Of a stretch of DNA of 64,000 nucleotides, positions 38,265-46,824 are shown in pieces. The notes below the pieces were generated by a model. The model did not search any database, was not told the origin of the DNA, and saw only the letters and a list, made by a program, of their open reading frames with translations. Origin of the DNA: Rhodothermales bacterium (GTDB lineage Bacteria; Bacteroidota; Rhodothermia; Rhodothermales; VXPQ01); the NCBI GenBank assembly GCA_040904565.1, contig JBBDTI010000031.1:9766-73765 (forward strand), in the 5' to 3' direction. The translations under genes were made by a program, and so were the position numbers. Each line of letters starts with the position of its first letter. Position 1 is the stretch's first letter.

Positions 38265-39248
38265 CTACGGTGTTCGGCGAAGCCGGGTGTTGGTCAGCAG
38301 TAATTCCAGAAGCAGCAGTCCAAATGCCGGCCAGAGGAAGACGGCGTAGCGCTCCTGGTAATCGGTATATACGCGCTCCTCGATCTCCGTCCTTTCGAGC
38401 TCTCCGATCTCATCGTACACCTCTCGCAGCGTTTCCTTATCGGTTGCCCTGAAGTAACGACCGCCGGTGTTCGTGGCGACGGTGGTCAGCATCTCTTCAT
38501 CGATCTCCACGGGAACCATCCTGCGGCGTTGACCACCGAAGGGATCGTTGAAGAGGAACGGAGCCTCTCCGTGCGTTCCGACGCCGATCGAGTAAATGCG
38601 AACGCCGATCGTTTCGGCCACCTCGGACGCCGTGACGGGATCGATCTCTCCCCGATTGTTCTGTCCGTCCGTGAGCAGGATGATGACCTTGCTGTCCGCC
38701 GTACTCTCTCTGAGCCGGTTGGCGGCCATGGCAACGGCCGTGCCGATCGCCGTACCGTCTTCGATGACGCCTACATTGACCTCGTCGAGCATCCGCAGCA
38801 GAAAGTCGTAGTCGAGCGTAAGCGGCGTCTGCGTATACGCCTTCGCGGCAAAAACGACGAGGCCCACGCGATCGGACGTGCGGCCTCGGATAAACTCTGC
38901 TGCGACGTCGCGCGCCGCCTCGAATCGATTGGGCGCGAAGTCCTGCGCGCGCATGGACGTCGAGGTATCCAGAACGAGCATGATGTCGATGCCTTCGGCG
39001 AATCGCTCCTGGACCACGTTGCGATCCTGGGGCCGGGCCAGAGCGAGGATGCCGAGCACGAGAACGCCGACGCGGAGCAGGACCGGAAGACCGCGGATGC
39101 GCGCCCAGACCGAACGGGGTGCGTCCCGGGCCGGTGCGACGTTACTGTACCGCATACCCCGCCGGCCCCGGCGTCGCCACCAGGTGTACCAGACCATCGG
39201 TGGTACGAGCGCAAGCAACCAGAGCCATTCGGGTTGTGCGAACTGCAT
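38265..39248 (-). CDS. batA: BatA, VWA domain membrane protein
   Basis: MQFAQPEWLWLLALVPPMVWYTWW, then a vWFA/MIDAS domain (IMLVLDTSTSM), and a C-terminal TM segment (FLWPAFGLLLLELLL). Confidence 0.85.
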   Translation of the reverse strand: MQFAQPEWLWLLALVPPMVWYTWWRRRGRRGMRYSNVAPARDAPRSVWARIRGLPVLLRVGVLVLGILALARPQDRNVVQERFAEGIDIMLVLDTSTSMRAQDFAPNRFEAARDVAAEFIRGRTSDRVGLVVFAAKAYTQTPLTLDYDFLLRMLDEVNVGVIEDGTAIGTAVAMAANRLRESTADSKVIILLTDGQNNRGEIDPVTASEVAETIGVRIYSIGVGTHGEAPFLFNDPFGGQRRRMVPVEIDEEMLTTVATNTGGRYFRATDKETLREVYDEIGELERTEIEERVYTDYQERYAVFLWPAFGLLLLELLLTNTRLRRTP

Positions 39249-39379
39249 GGTGGACCGTTTCGATGAGACGATGGGGGCGCGTGCTCGTTCGGCGCGGGCC
39301 CTGTAGAACGCGTGAGCTACATGTGGATGCGGTGATTCTCTACCATCGGACGCGCGATTTGTTGCCGCGGCGAGTGGAC

Positions 39380-40147
39380 TCAGCCGGAGGTGAAATCCGG
39401 GTGCCGCCGCACGGCGTCGACGAGGGCGGGGAGGACCTCGCCGGCCGGACCGACAACGGTCTCGTCGATTTCGTGGGCGATCGCGCTCGCTTCCACGTTG
39501 ATTTCGGCGACGTAGGCCCCCGAATCGGCGGCGCGAAGCGGGAGCGCGGCGGCTGGATACACGACGGCGCTCGTGCCGATGCTCAGAAATACGTCGGCGC
39601 GTTCGGCCGCTGCATGGGCGCGTTCCATGGCCCCGGCCGGCAGCATCTCGCCGAACCAGACGACGTCGGGACGTATGAAGCCTCCGCAGTCCGGGCAGAC
39701 GGAGGGTTTGCCGTCCGCCGGCGGTTGCAGATCATCCTGCGTGGCTTCGTGCTCGCAGTCGATGCAGTAGCTGCGCAGGATGTTGCCGTGGAGTTCCACG
39801 ACGTTCCTGCTTCCGGCCCGGTGGTGCAGGCGGTCCACGTTCTGCGTTACGATCGTAACGCCATTCGTCATCGTCTCGAGCTCGGCGAGGGCCGTGTGGC
39901 CACGGTTCGGCTCTTTTTCCAGTACGATGCTGCGGCGATGCTCGTACCACTTCTGCACGAGTTCCGGATTCCTCAGAAAGGCGTCGACGTTGGCCAGCTC
40001 TTCGGGCTTGAATCGATTCCAGATTCCGCCTTCGCCCCGGAACGTAGGTATCCCGCTCTCCGCGCTGACGCCGGCCCCGGTCAGGACGCCGATCCGCCGG
40101 GCGCGAGCAAGACGTCCGACGAGCTCGTCACTGAAGGCTTGAGGCAT
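39380..40147 (-). CDS. cobB: NAD-dependent protein deacylase, Sir2 family
   Basis: The start is taken at ATG 40147 (MPQAFSDELVGRL...). Signatures: GVLTGAGVSAESGIPTFRG, TQNVDRLH, ELHG and a Cys4 zinc ribbon (CIDC...CPDCGG). The start overlaps the upstream gene's 3' end by 20 nt. Confidence 0.9.
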   Translation of the reverse strand: MPQAFSDELVGRLARARRIGVLTGAGVSAESGIPTFRGEGGIWNRFKPEELANVDAFLRNPELVQKWYEHRRSIVLEKEPNRGHTALAELETMTNGVTIVTQNVDRLHHRAGSRNVVELHGNILRSYCIDCEHEATQDDLQPPADGKPSVCPDCGGFIRPDVVWFGEMLPAGAMERAHAAAERADVFLSIGTSAVVYPAAALPLRAADSGAYVAEINVEASAIAHEIDETVVGPAGEVLPALVDAVRRHPDFTSG

Positions 40148-41207
40148 CAGGTCGTTCCGGATAATCAGGCGAGGGGCGAGGTGCATCGTCCACCGGTGCG
40201 AACTCGGACCTCGGCGGTTGGAGACCGCTCGTATGATCCGACCCATTAGGGTCTGCCTGGTCGGTCACGGGCGCTGGCCGGAGGTCGCGTTCTACATCCT
40301 CTACGATGTCCCGGGCGACGGACGTGAGCCGGAGCGCCTTCGACGGAGGTGGCGAGGCGTTTGCAAACTTGACGTAGTCGGCGGCTACGAGGACGTTTCG
40401 AAGGCGTGCGGTCGTTTCTTCCGAAGGCGTGCCGTGTCGCCTGAGCTCGTGAATGAGCTCCCCCGTCGTGCTTTCAAGAGCCCGCACGTGCAGCCGCCGG
40501 GCGACGTACGTCCGCAGCAGCGCGGAAAGCTCGTCATAATACGGCGGGATGTTGGCCGGATCGGTCAGGTCGAGTCGCTCCAGCGCGTCCAGGCGCTCGA
40601 ACGCCTCTCGGTCCGCCGGTACGGGAGGAGCCTGGGGGAGCGCCGACGTGGTCCCGCCCTTCCGTTTGCGATAGAGGTAGAATGCCAGCAGGGCGGCGGC
40701 GACCAGCAAGACCGCCGCCGCGGCGAACGGCCAGGTGGCGGACGGAAAGTCGACGAGCGGCGCCACGTCCTTGATCCCTTCGGCATCGTCCGGCACCAAC
40801 GGGGTGACGGGAATCACCCTGGCCTCGGTACGAACGGTAAACGTATCCTCTCCGGCTGTGAACAGGACCGGAATGGAGGCGACGTGCGCCGTGTCCAGCG
40901 CGAAGGTGGTTACCTCATATACGATGCTGTCAATCCGCGGACCCTCAGCCCTGGTGTCCTCGAAGAGGCGGTGAGAGATGACCTCGACGTCGCCGAACTG
41001 AAGGACGGTGGACGTGTCGGCGATGGGAAACCGGGCGGGAGCGGCAAAGTCGTGACGTGCCGTTACTGAGAGCTGAAAGCGATCGCCCACCGTGACGCTG
41101 TCGACCGTCACGCGGAGGTCAACCTGCTGGGCGGATGCGAACGGCACGGCCAGCAGAAGGACGAGAGCCACGGTTGCGCCGGCAACCGGGCGGAAGGAAG
41201 TTGTCAT
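40128..41207 (-). CDS. single-pass membrane protein, BatD-N-like ectodomain + DUF4381-like cytoplasmic tail
   Basis: The ATG at 41207 overlaps the DUF58 stop (ATGA). It has a signal peptide (MTTSFRPVAGATVALVLLLAVPFASAQQ) and a TM segment (WPFAAAAVLLVAAALLAFYLY). The tail motif (...ELSALLRTYVARRLHVRALESTTGELIHELR...LVAADYVKFA) parallels the BatD C-terminal tail. Confidence 0.65.
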   Translation of the reverse strand: MTTSFRPVAGATVALVLLLAVPFASAQQVDLRVTVDSVTVGDRFQLSVTARHDFAAPARFPIADTSTVLQFGDVEVISHRLFEDTRAEGPRIDSIVYEVTTFALDTAHVASIPVLFTAGEDTFTVRTEARVIPVTPLVPDDAEGIKDVAPLVDFPSATWPFAAAAVLLVAAALLAFYLYRKRKGGTTSALPQAPPVPADREAFERLDALERLDLTDPANIPPYYDELSALLRTYVARRLHVRALESTTGELIHELRRHGTPSEETTARLRNVLVAADYVKFANASPPPSKALRLTSVARDIVEDVERDLRPAPVTDQADPNGSDHTSGLQPPRSEFAPVDDAPRPSPDYPERPDASSLQ

Positions 41208-42082
41208 CGAGACGTCTTGTTTCGGTGGCGGAAGAAGCGTATCAGCGGCTCCACGTACCCTTCGTCCGTGTGAATCGGGACGTAGTCCATCCGGATCCGG
41301 CGAAAGAGTTCCTGCGTGTAGGTTCGGCGCCGGCGGGCCTGCCACGCGAAAGCTTCTCGCGTTCGCCTGGAGCCCGTATCGATGACGACCGTCTCATCGG
41401 TTTCTGCGTCTGTCAGCTCTAGCAGGCCCATGGACGGCAGGTTCTCTTCGCGTGGATCGATGAGATGAACGGCAATCGTATCGTGACGGCGGGCGACGAC
41501 GCGCAGCGGTTTGGCGAATCCGTCGTCCATGAAGTCACTCATCAGGAGAACGATCGAATGCCGGCTCAGCACGTGGAGGATGTGATTCAGCGCGACAGAC
41601 AGGTCCGTGCCGCGCGACGCCGGTTCGTGAGCGAAGAGGTCGCGCAGCAGGCGCAGCACGTGACGCCTTCCTTTCTTGGGCGGTACAAAGAGCTCGATCT
41701 GATCGGAGACCAGCAGCAGTCCAACCTTATCGTTGTTCGAGATGGCGCTGAAGCCTACGATCGCGCAAATTTCCGCGGCCACCTCCCGCTTGAAGTGGGT
41801 CTGCGAGCCGAAATCCTCTGACCCCGAGACGTCGACGACGAGCATGACCGTCTGCTCCCGCTCTTCCTCGAACACCTTGACGTACGGGTCTCCCGTTCGC
41901 GCCGACACGTTCCAGTCGATACTTCGGATGTCGTCGCCGAACTGGTAGGGCCTGACCTCGGAGAACTCGATCCCGCGTCCCTTAAAGGCCGAATGGTATT
42001 CTCCGCCGAAGACGTTGTTTACCAGTCCCTTCGTACGGATCTCTATCCGGCGGATTTTCTTGAACAGTTCCTTGGGAATCAT
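41204..42082 (-). CDS. DUF58 domain protein (MoxR-partner, VWA-like)
   Basis: The start is taken at ATG 42082 (MIPKELFKKIRRIEIRTKGLVNNVFGGEYHSAFKGRGIEFSEVRPYQFGDDIRSIDWNVSAR...). This is the canonical DUF58 N-terminal signature. Confidence 0.85.
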   Translation of the reverse strand: MIPKELFKKIRRIEIRTKGLVNNVFGGEYHSAFKGRGIEFSEVRPYQFGDDIRSIDWNVSARTGDPYVKVFEEEREQTVMLVVDVSGSEDFGSQTHFKREVAAEICAIVGFSAISNNDKVGLLLVSDQIELFVPPKKGRRHVLRLLRDLFAHEPASRGTDLSVALNHILHVLSRHSIVLLMSDFMDDGFAKPLRVVARRHDTIAVHLIDPREENLPSMGLLELTDAETDETVVIDTGSRRTREAFAWQARRRRTYTQELFRRIRMDYVPIHTDEGYVEPLIRFFRHRNKTSR

Positions 42083-42095
42083 CGTCGTGAACCGA

Positions 42096-43067
42096 TTACT
42101 GAGACCATTCCGTCGGTTCTCGGTCCCATCGGTGCTCCGCAAGGCGATCGAGGAGGTCCGCGTCGAGGCCGCCCTTATCGCTGGCGCGCATGTTGGCTTC
42201 CACGTGGCGCAGCTTCCGCATGCCGGGGATGACGGTCGAGACCGTATCGTTCGAGAGGATGAACCGGAGCGCCATTTCGGGCAGGTCCATCTCGCCGGGC
42301 ACGAGCGGTTTCAGGGCATCCGCATGCTCGACGCTCGGGATGAGGTTCTCCGGTACGAAATACGTGTTGCGCCAGTCGCCTTCCGGCCAGGTCGAGTCCT
42401 TTGTCAGCTTGCCCGTAAGCGTGCCTTCGTCGAATGGAACGCGCGCGATGACCGCTACGTCGTGGTCCCTGCAGGCGGGGAAGAGTTCGTCTTCCGGAGC
42501 CTGATCGAAAATGTTGTAGATAACCTGCACGGAGTCGACCAGTCCGCTCCGGACGGCCTTGACGCCGTTCCACGGCTCCCAGCGATTGAGGCTGATGCCG
42601 ATGGCGCGGATGAGGCCCTGGCGACGGAGGTCGTCGAGTTTCCCGTACCACCGATCATCATCCACCCAGCTGTCTTCCCAGACGTGCAGCTGCATCAGGT
42701 CGATGTGGTCGAGTCCGGTGTTTTTGAGGCTCTCCTCGACGCACGCCTGGATGTAATCGGGTGGAAATACCTCGTCCAGCGTGAAGCCGCGCCGGCTGGG
42801 CCACTCCCGGTTCTTCGGGGGGACCTTCGAGGCCGTATAGAGGGTTTTACTGGGATGCTGCTGAACAAGCCTGCCAAGCAGTTTTTCACTGTGTCCTTCG
42901 CCGTATGCCAGGGCGGTATCGAAGAAATTGCATCCCAGTTCGATGGCACGATTCAGCGAGCGCAGCGACTGCTCGTCGTCCGAATTCTCCCATCCTCCCA
43001 TACCCCACATGCCGTAACCGACGTCACTGACCTGCCATCCTGTTCGTCCGAATCGGCGATAGTTCAT
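42096..43067 (-). CDS. aldo/keto reductase
   Basis: [24 protein letters not shown]..., [30 protein letters not shown]. This is the AKR family pattern. Confidence 0.9.
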   Translation of the reverse strand: MNYRRFGRTGWQVSDVGYGMWGMGGWENSDDEQSLRSLNRAIELGCNFFDTALAYGEGHSEKLLGRLVQQHPSKTLYTASKVPPKNREWPSRRGFTLDEVFPPDYIQACVEESLKNTGLDHIDLMQLHVWEDSWVDDDRWYGKLDDLRRQGLIRAIGISLNRWEPWNGVKAVRSGLVDSVQVIYNIFDQAPEDELFPACRDHDVAVIARVPFDEGTLTGKLTKDSTWPEGDWRNTYFVPENLIPSVEHADALKPLVPGEMDLPEMALRFILSNDTVSTVIPGMRKLRHVEANMRASDKGGLDADLLDRLAEHRWDREPTEWSQ

Positions 43068-43249
43068 TATTTAACGCTTATTGGTTTGCGGTTCGCGCGC
43101 CGCTACGATGCGGCACGTATTATGATGCGGCGACTATTATAATGACAAGCTTCGAGGAAGATGCCGCCGAATGTGGATCTCGATGCCTGCCGGCAAGTTA
43201 CCACACCGTCTCGCCGGGATACCATGCAATCTTCACGAACACCAGTAGA

Positions 43250-43957
43250 ATGGCCGTCACGTTTGGAATCATCGTCTTTCCGGGATCGAATTGCGACCAC
43301 GACGCCTACCACGTCGCAAAGCACGTATTCGATCAAGATGCCCGTTTCATATGGCATAAGGAGGCACAGCTCGGCGACGTCGACGTGGTGATCGTTCCGG
43401 GCGGCTTTTCGTACGGAGATTACCTTCGGTCCGGAGCCATCGCGCGATTTTCTCCGATCTTGCAGGATGTCGTTCGTTTTGCCGAGAAGGGAGGGCTGGT
43501 CTTCGGTATCTGCAACGGGTTCCAGATCCTGTGCGAGGCCGGCCTCCTACCCGGTGCGCTGATGCGCAACGCGGCGCTGCGATTCGCCTGCAAGCAGACG
43601 CACCTGCGCGTCGAGAATGCCGAGACTCCCTTTACGTCTCGGCTCAAAGAGGGGCGCGTGCTGCAAATTCCCATCTCTCACGGGGACGGGAATTATTTTG
43701 CGTCGGATGACGTGCTGGACCGGTTGGAAGAGAATCGTCAGGTCGTCTTTCGTTATGCGGAGGCTGACGGACGCATTACGGAGGAGGCCAATCCGAATGG
43801 GTCGGCCCGAAACATTGCCGGTATCGTCAACGAGGGCCGTAACGTGCTCGGAATGATGCCGCACCCCGATCGCTGTGCGGAGGCGGTGCTCGGCAGCGGC
43901 GACGGACGGTACATCTTCGAATCGATACTCGATCACGTCTCGGCCGTACACGCGTAG
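43250..43957 (+). CDS. purQ: phosphoribosylformylglycinamidine synthase subunit PurQ
   Basis: ATG at 43250 ([18 protein letters not shown]...). The GATase triad context is present: [30 protein letters not shown]. Confidence 0.95.
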   Translation: MAVTFGIIVFPGSNCDHDAYHVAKHVFDQDARFIWHKEAQLGDVDVVIVPGGFSYGDYLRSGAIARFSPILQDVVRFAEKGGLVFGICNGFQILCEAGLLPGALMRNAALRFACKQTHLRVENAETPFTSRLKEGRVLQIPISHGDGNYFASDDVLDRLEENRQVVFRYAEADGRITEEANPNGSARNIAGIVNEGRNVLGMMPHPDRCAEAVLGSGDGRYIFESILDHVSAVHA

Positions 43958-43989
43958 CCGTCTCTCCCCAGTCTCTTTCTGCGCATCGG

Positions 43990-44634
43990 ATGTTCGACTT
44001 CTCGGAAGCGCCGATCACGCTGATCCTGATCCTGGTCAACGTGCTGGTCAGCGGATACGCGTTGTTCTTCGATGAGTCGCTGATCGATCGGCTGGCGTTC
44101 AAGCCGCGGGAGATCCTTCGGCAGGGGCAGTACCGGCGTTTGTTCACGGCCGGATTCGTACACGTAAGCGGATCGCACCTGCTCTTCAACATGATCACGC
44201 TCTATTTCTTCGGGCGTCCGATGGAGCAGTACGTGCTGGGGCCCGGCAAATTTCTGCTGCTCTACGTTGGATCGGAGCTGGCAGCACACGCCCTCTCGCT
44301 TGTCCTGCATCGGGATACGGCGGGATACGCGGCCGTAGGAGCGTCAGGCGCCATCAGCGGCGTCCTCTTCGGATACTGTCTGTTCGCCCCGCTCCAGCCG
44401 ATCTACCTGTTCTTCGTGCCCATCGGCATTCCCGCGGCGCTCTTTGCCGTGGGGTACGTCTTCCTTTCGATGTACGCCATGCGGCGGGGGCGGGAAGGAG
44501 GACGCTCCATGACGGGCGGCATCGCGCATGAGGCGCACCTCGGCGGGGCGTTCGGTGGCCTGTTGCTCACGGTACTGTTAGAGCCGCGCGCCATCTCCAT
44601 CTTTCTCCAGGAACTGAGTCGCATCGGGATGTAG
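43990..44634 (+). CDS. rhomboid family intramembrane serine protease
   Basis: Six TM segments. Motifs: YRRLFTAGFVHVSGSHLLFNM, the catalytic GASGAISG, and AHLGGAFGG. Confidence 0.85.
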   Translation: MFDFSEAPITLILILVNVLVSGYALFFDESLIDRLAFKPREILRQGQYRRLFTAGFVHVSGSHLLFNMITLYFFGRPMEQYVLGPGKFLLLYVGSELAAHALSLVLHRDTAGYAAVGASGAISGVLFGYCLFAPLQPIYLFFVPIGIPAALFAVGYVFLSMYAMRRGREGGRSMTGGIAHEAHLGGAFGGLLLTVLLEPRAISIFLQELSRIGM

Positions 44635-44890
44635 CTCGATCTAAAACCGTTATTGCACACGGCGGTTGACCCATGTATCCAAGGGGTTACGCGAAAAGCA
44701 CCGTTATTGCCACTTGCGATTAGATCGTGGCGGATCTATATTAAGATCACCTCATGCGCCTGGAGACCCATTCACGTGGGGACCATCAGTCGCTTCAACG
44801 TGGGCTTCAAGAAGCTCGGTCTGGTGGGCAGGCCGGGCTTTTTGGTCTCCGGCCCTCGGATGCCCAGCTTGTCAACACGCCGCCGACGTC

Positions 44891-44928
44891 TTGTGGATAT
44901 CGTGTTAGTCAATTGTGGATTAGTCGTG
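44891..44928 (+). repeat. two direct repeats TTGTGGAT(n2-4)TCGTG just upstream of the strong promoter
   Basis: ttgtggatatcgtg (44891-44904) and ttgtggattagtcgtg (44913-44928), with starts 22 bp apart. The repeats end 12 bp before the -35 hexamer at 44940. The core TGTGGAT resembles a DnaA-box core. Confidence 0.5.
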
Positions 44929-44939
44929 GCGCGATTCTC

Positions 44940-44968
44940 TTGACGTGCGCACCCTTCCACGCTATAAT
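44940..44968 (+). promoter_or_regulatory. consensus sigma70-type promoter (TTGACG-17-TATAAT)
   Basis: TTGACG at 44940-44945, an exact 17-nt spacer, and a perfect TATAAT at 44963-44968. No ORF with coding character follows it. Confidence 0.6.
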
Positions 44969-44974
44969 AAGCCC

Positions 44975-46009
44975 AGTGCCTGACGGCACTGTTCCTTGAC
45001 GCGACTGAAAACTCTGGGCTGCATGAGGATGCCCGTGCACTGATCGTAAGATCAGTCAGGAGATGCGGCAATCGAACGGCAGGCGGTGCCGGTTGGTCTG
45101 AAGGGGTTCGCCCTCGCAGGCTTTCTGGAACGGCTGCCGGTTTGGATGCATGCGTATCCATTCGCTCACAGACGCGCTGCTTCGGCAGTTAAGTGTGAGT
45201 CGGGTGGAATCGCCAAGCCTTCTCGTCGTGGACCGTGGCTTCGGCCGCCGGTCCCCTCGGTTTCGGCCTTCGGGTCGGCCGAACGGAAGCGACGGATGGT
45301 GCGCATCAGTCCCGCGCGATGCTATGAAGCGATCGGCTGAAAAGCCGTCTGCGGAGAGCGGCGTTTGTTGATGCAGTGAGCTGGAGGATGTTCGGTGGAG
45401 GCCGGACGCGTGATGAAACCGTCTGTCGAAGGACGACGGTGGAACGTGTCCCGGTCGGTGAAGCCGGTATTCGCCACGTGCTCGCCGAGAGCGGTTTGTG
45501 ACGAAGCGGCCGTACCTTTGGGTGCGACGTGGATCCAACCGCTCGATGACGCGGCCAACCGCTCGCTGCGGAGAACGACGTTCGACGAACCAGGCGGTGC
45601 CGGATCGACTCCGGAGCACGGACGCTCTATGACGCGACGGCAGCAATGCCGCCGCTGAGAGCCGACGTGTGATGAAGGAGTGGATCGGCCAGATCAGCCG
45701 GGCGTGGAGCGCGAGCGAGAAAACTGAACGTGCGGGCAATCAAAGGTCCGTGGCTGCTAAACCGTCTGCCCATGCGGTTTAGACGTATCGCTGCCGGGAA
45801 ACCGACAGCCGTGCGCACGGCCACCAGTGCCGGTCTTCGTACCGGCAGGAGAGTTGGCCTCCCCACCGATGGTAGGTTGCTGTTTCGGCAGCGAACTGCA
45901 TCGAGGGAGGCCGGTCGCGCTGAGGGATAATTACATGGCGCACTCCGGATGCGCCGCACGATTGCACACGATTCTCTGATGCCGCCTGCTCTCGCAGACG
46001 GCATTTTTT
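44975..46009 (+). ncRNA. candidate large (~1.03 kb) structured non-coding RNA of unrecognised family
   Basis: The unit is bounded by the consensus promoter (44940-44968) and an intrinsic terminator (45979-46009), and only junk ORFs occur in all six frames. It has many short perfect hairpins capped by stable tetraloops. UUCG loops: CUGC-UUCG-GCAG 45177-45188, GUGGC-UUCG-GCCGC 45235-45248, GGCC-UUCG-GGUC 45265-45276, GCUGU-UUCG-GCAGC 45879-45892. GNRA loops: ACUGAUC-GUAA-GAUCAGU 45039-45056, CGGCA-GCAA-UGCCG 45638-45651. There is also an 8-bp enclosing helix, GGCCUCCC 45856-45863 paired with GGGAGGCC 45905-45912. The ends are approximate. Confidence 0.45.
45979..46009 (+). terminator. intrinsic (Rho-independent) terminator
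   Basis: AUGCCGCCUGC-UCUC-GCAGACGGCAU forms 10 bp with one C/A mismatch, followed by a U-tract running through 46009. It lies 80 nt upstream of the next gene start at 46090. Confidence 0.7.
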
Positions 46010-46089
46010 ATGACAGGGCTTCCCGTTGGGCGCGGAATGGACATTCCGTTCGCATGTTTCCCTCCATCAGCCGTTAGCTGGTTTTCGGC

Positions 46090-46740
46090 ATGTCCCTCGC
46101 CGCGCGCGTCCACGTCATCGTCGTCAACTACCAGACTCCGGACCTGCTGGATACGGCCGTGCGGTCGTTCGTCGAGCACTACCCGGACGTTCCCCTGCTG
46201 ATCGTCGACAACGGGTCCCGCGACGCGTCACGAGACGTCATCGAGACACTGCATGCTGACCTTGCGAACGTGTCGTCCCTCCAGTTGGAGGAAAACCGCT
46301 ATCACGGGCCGGCCATGGACCTGGCCCTGCGGCACGTAGATGTCGACTACGTGTTTTTGCTGGACAGCGACACGAAGACCATGAGGGGAGGTTTCCTCGA
46401 GGAGATGCTGGCGCGATCCGAGGAGCCGAACGTATACGGTGTCGGAAAGATCGCGGAGGTAAACGAACGTGGATTTGCCGCGACACGGGGCATACCCGTG
46501 CTCGTGAGCGCCTACATGCTCATCGATCGAGAACGCTATCTCGACCTTCCGCCGTTTATTCACCACGGTCTTCCCGCCCTTCAAAACTTTCGCGCGGCGG
46601 CCGAAGCAGGATACCGACTCGAACCCTTTCCCGTAGACGAGTATATCGAGCATTTCGGACGGGGGACGGCCGAGCGGTACGGATACGGGTTGGGCTGGAA
46701 GGGGCGCCTCGATTACCTGCTCAACAAGCTGGGCTTTTAG
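46090..46740 (+). CDS. glycosyltransferase family 2
   Basis: VHVIVVNYQTPDLLDTAVRSF...LLIVDNGSRD...FLLDSDT is the GT-A/GT2 N-terminal pattern with a DxD-like motif. Confidence 0.8.
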   Translation: MSLAARVHVIVVNYQTPDLLDTAVRSFVEHYPDVPLLIVDNGSRDASRDVIETLHADLANVSSLQLEENRYHGPAMDLALRHVDVDYVFLLDSDTKTMRGGFLEEMLARSEEPNVYGVGKIAEVNERGFAATRGIPVLVSAYMLIDRERYLDLPPFIHHGLPALQNFRAAAEAGYRLEPFPVDEYIEHFGRGTAERYGYGLGWKGRLDYLLNKLGF

Positions 46741-46824
46741 GCTTCGCGCGATGACGGCGCTATCGCATGGCGCTACCACATGGCACTATCGCCTTGCGCC
46801 TCTACCGATCGCCGCAGCGGAACA

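Noticed and set aside
39380-40147. Sir2 gene as an anti-phage NADase effector (Thoeris/DSR/SIR2-pAgo type)
   Set aside because: The sequence has the full canonical sirtuin deacylase signature, including the Cys4 zinc ribbon, and is of normal size (255 aa). No sensor, pAgo, TIR or helicase partner is present. It is best read as a CobB-type protein deacylase.
45451-45480. Cobalamin-riboswitch-like fragment (GGTGAAGCCGG...GCCACGTG) inside the candidate ncRNA
   Set aside because: This is only a loose resemblance to the GGUGAAA.CCGG and GCCACUG blocks. The B12 box and the remaining conserved core are missing, and the downstream gene (GT2) is not B12-related.
44944-45700. Group II intron (GUGCG at 44944; GAGCCG...GAUGAA...CGGCC at about 45659-45690 as domain V)
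   Set aside because: The GUGCG lies inside the promoter spacer. The putative domain V cannot form the conserved 34-nt two-helix hairpin with the AGC triad pairing. There is no intron-encoded protein ORF and no flanking exon gene.
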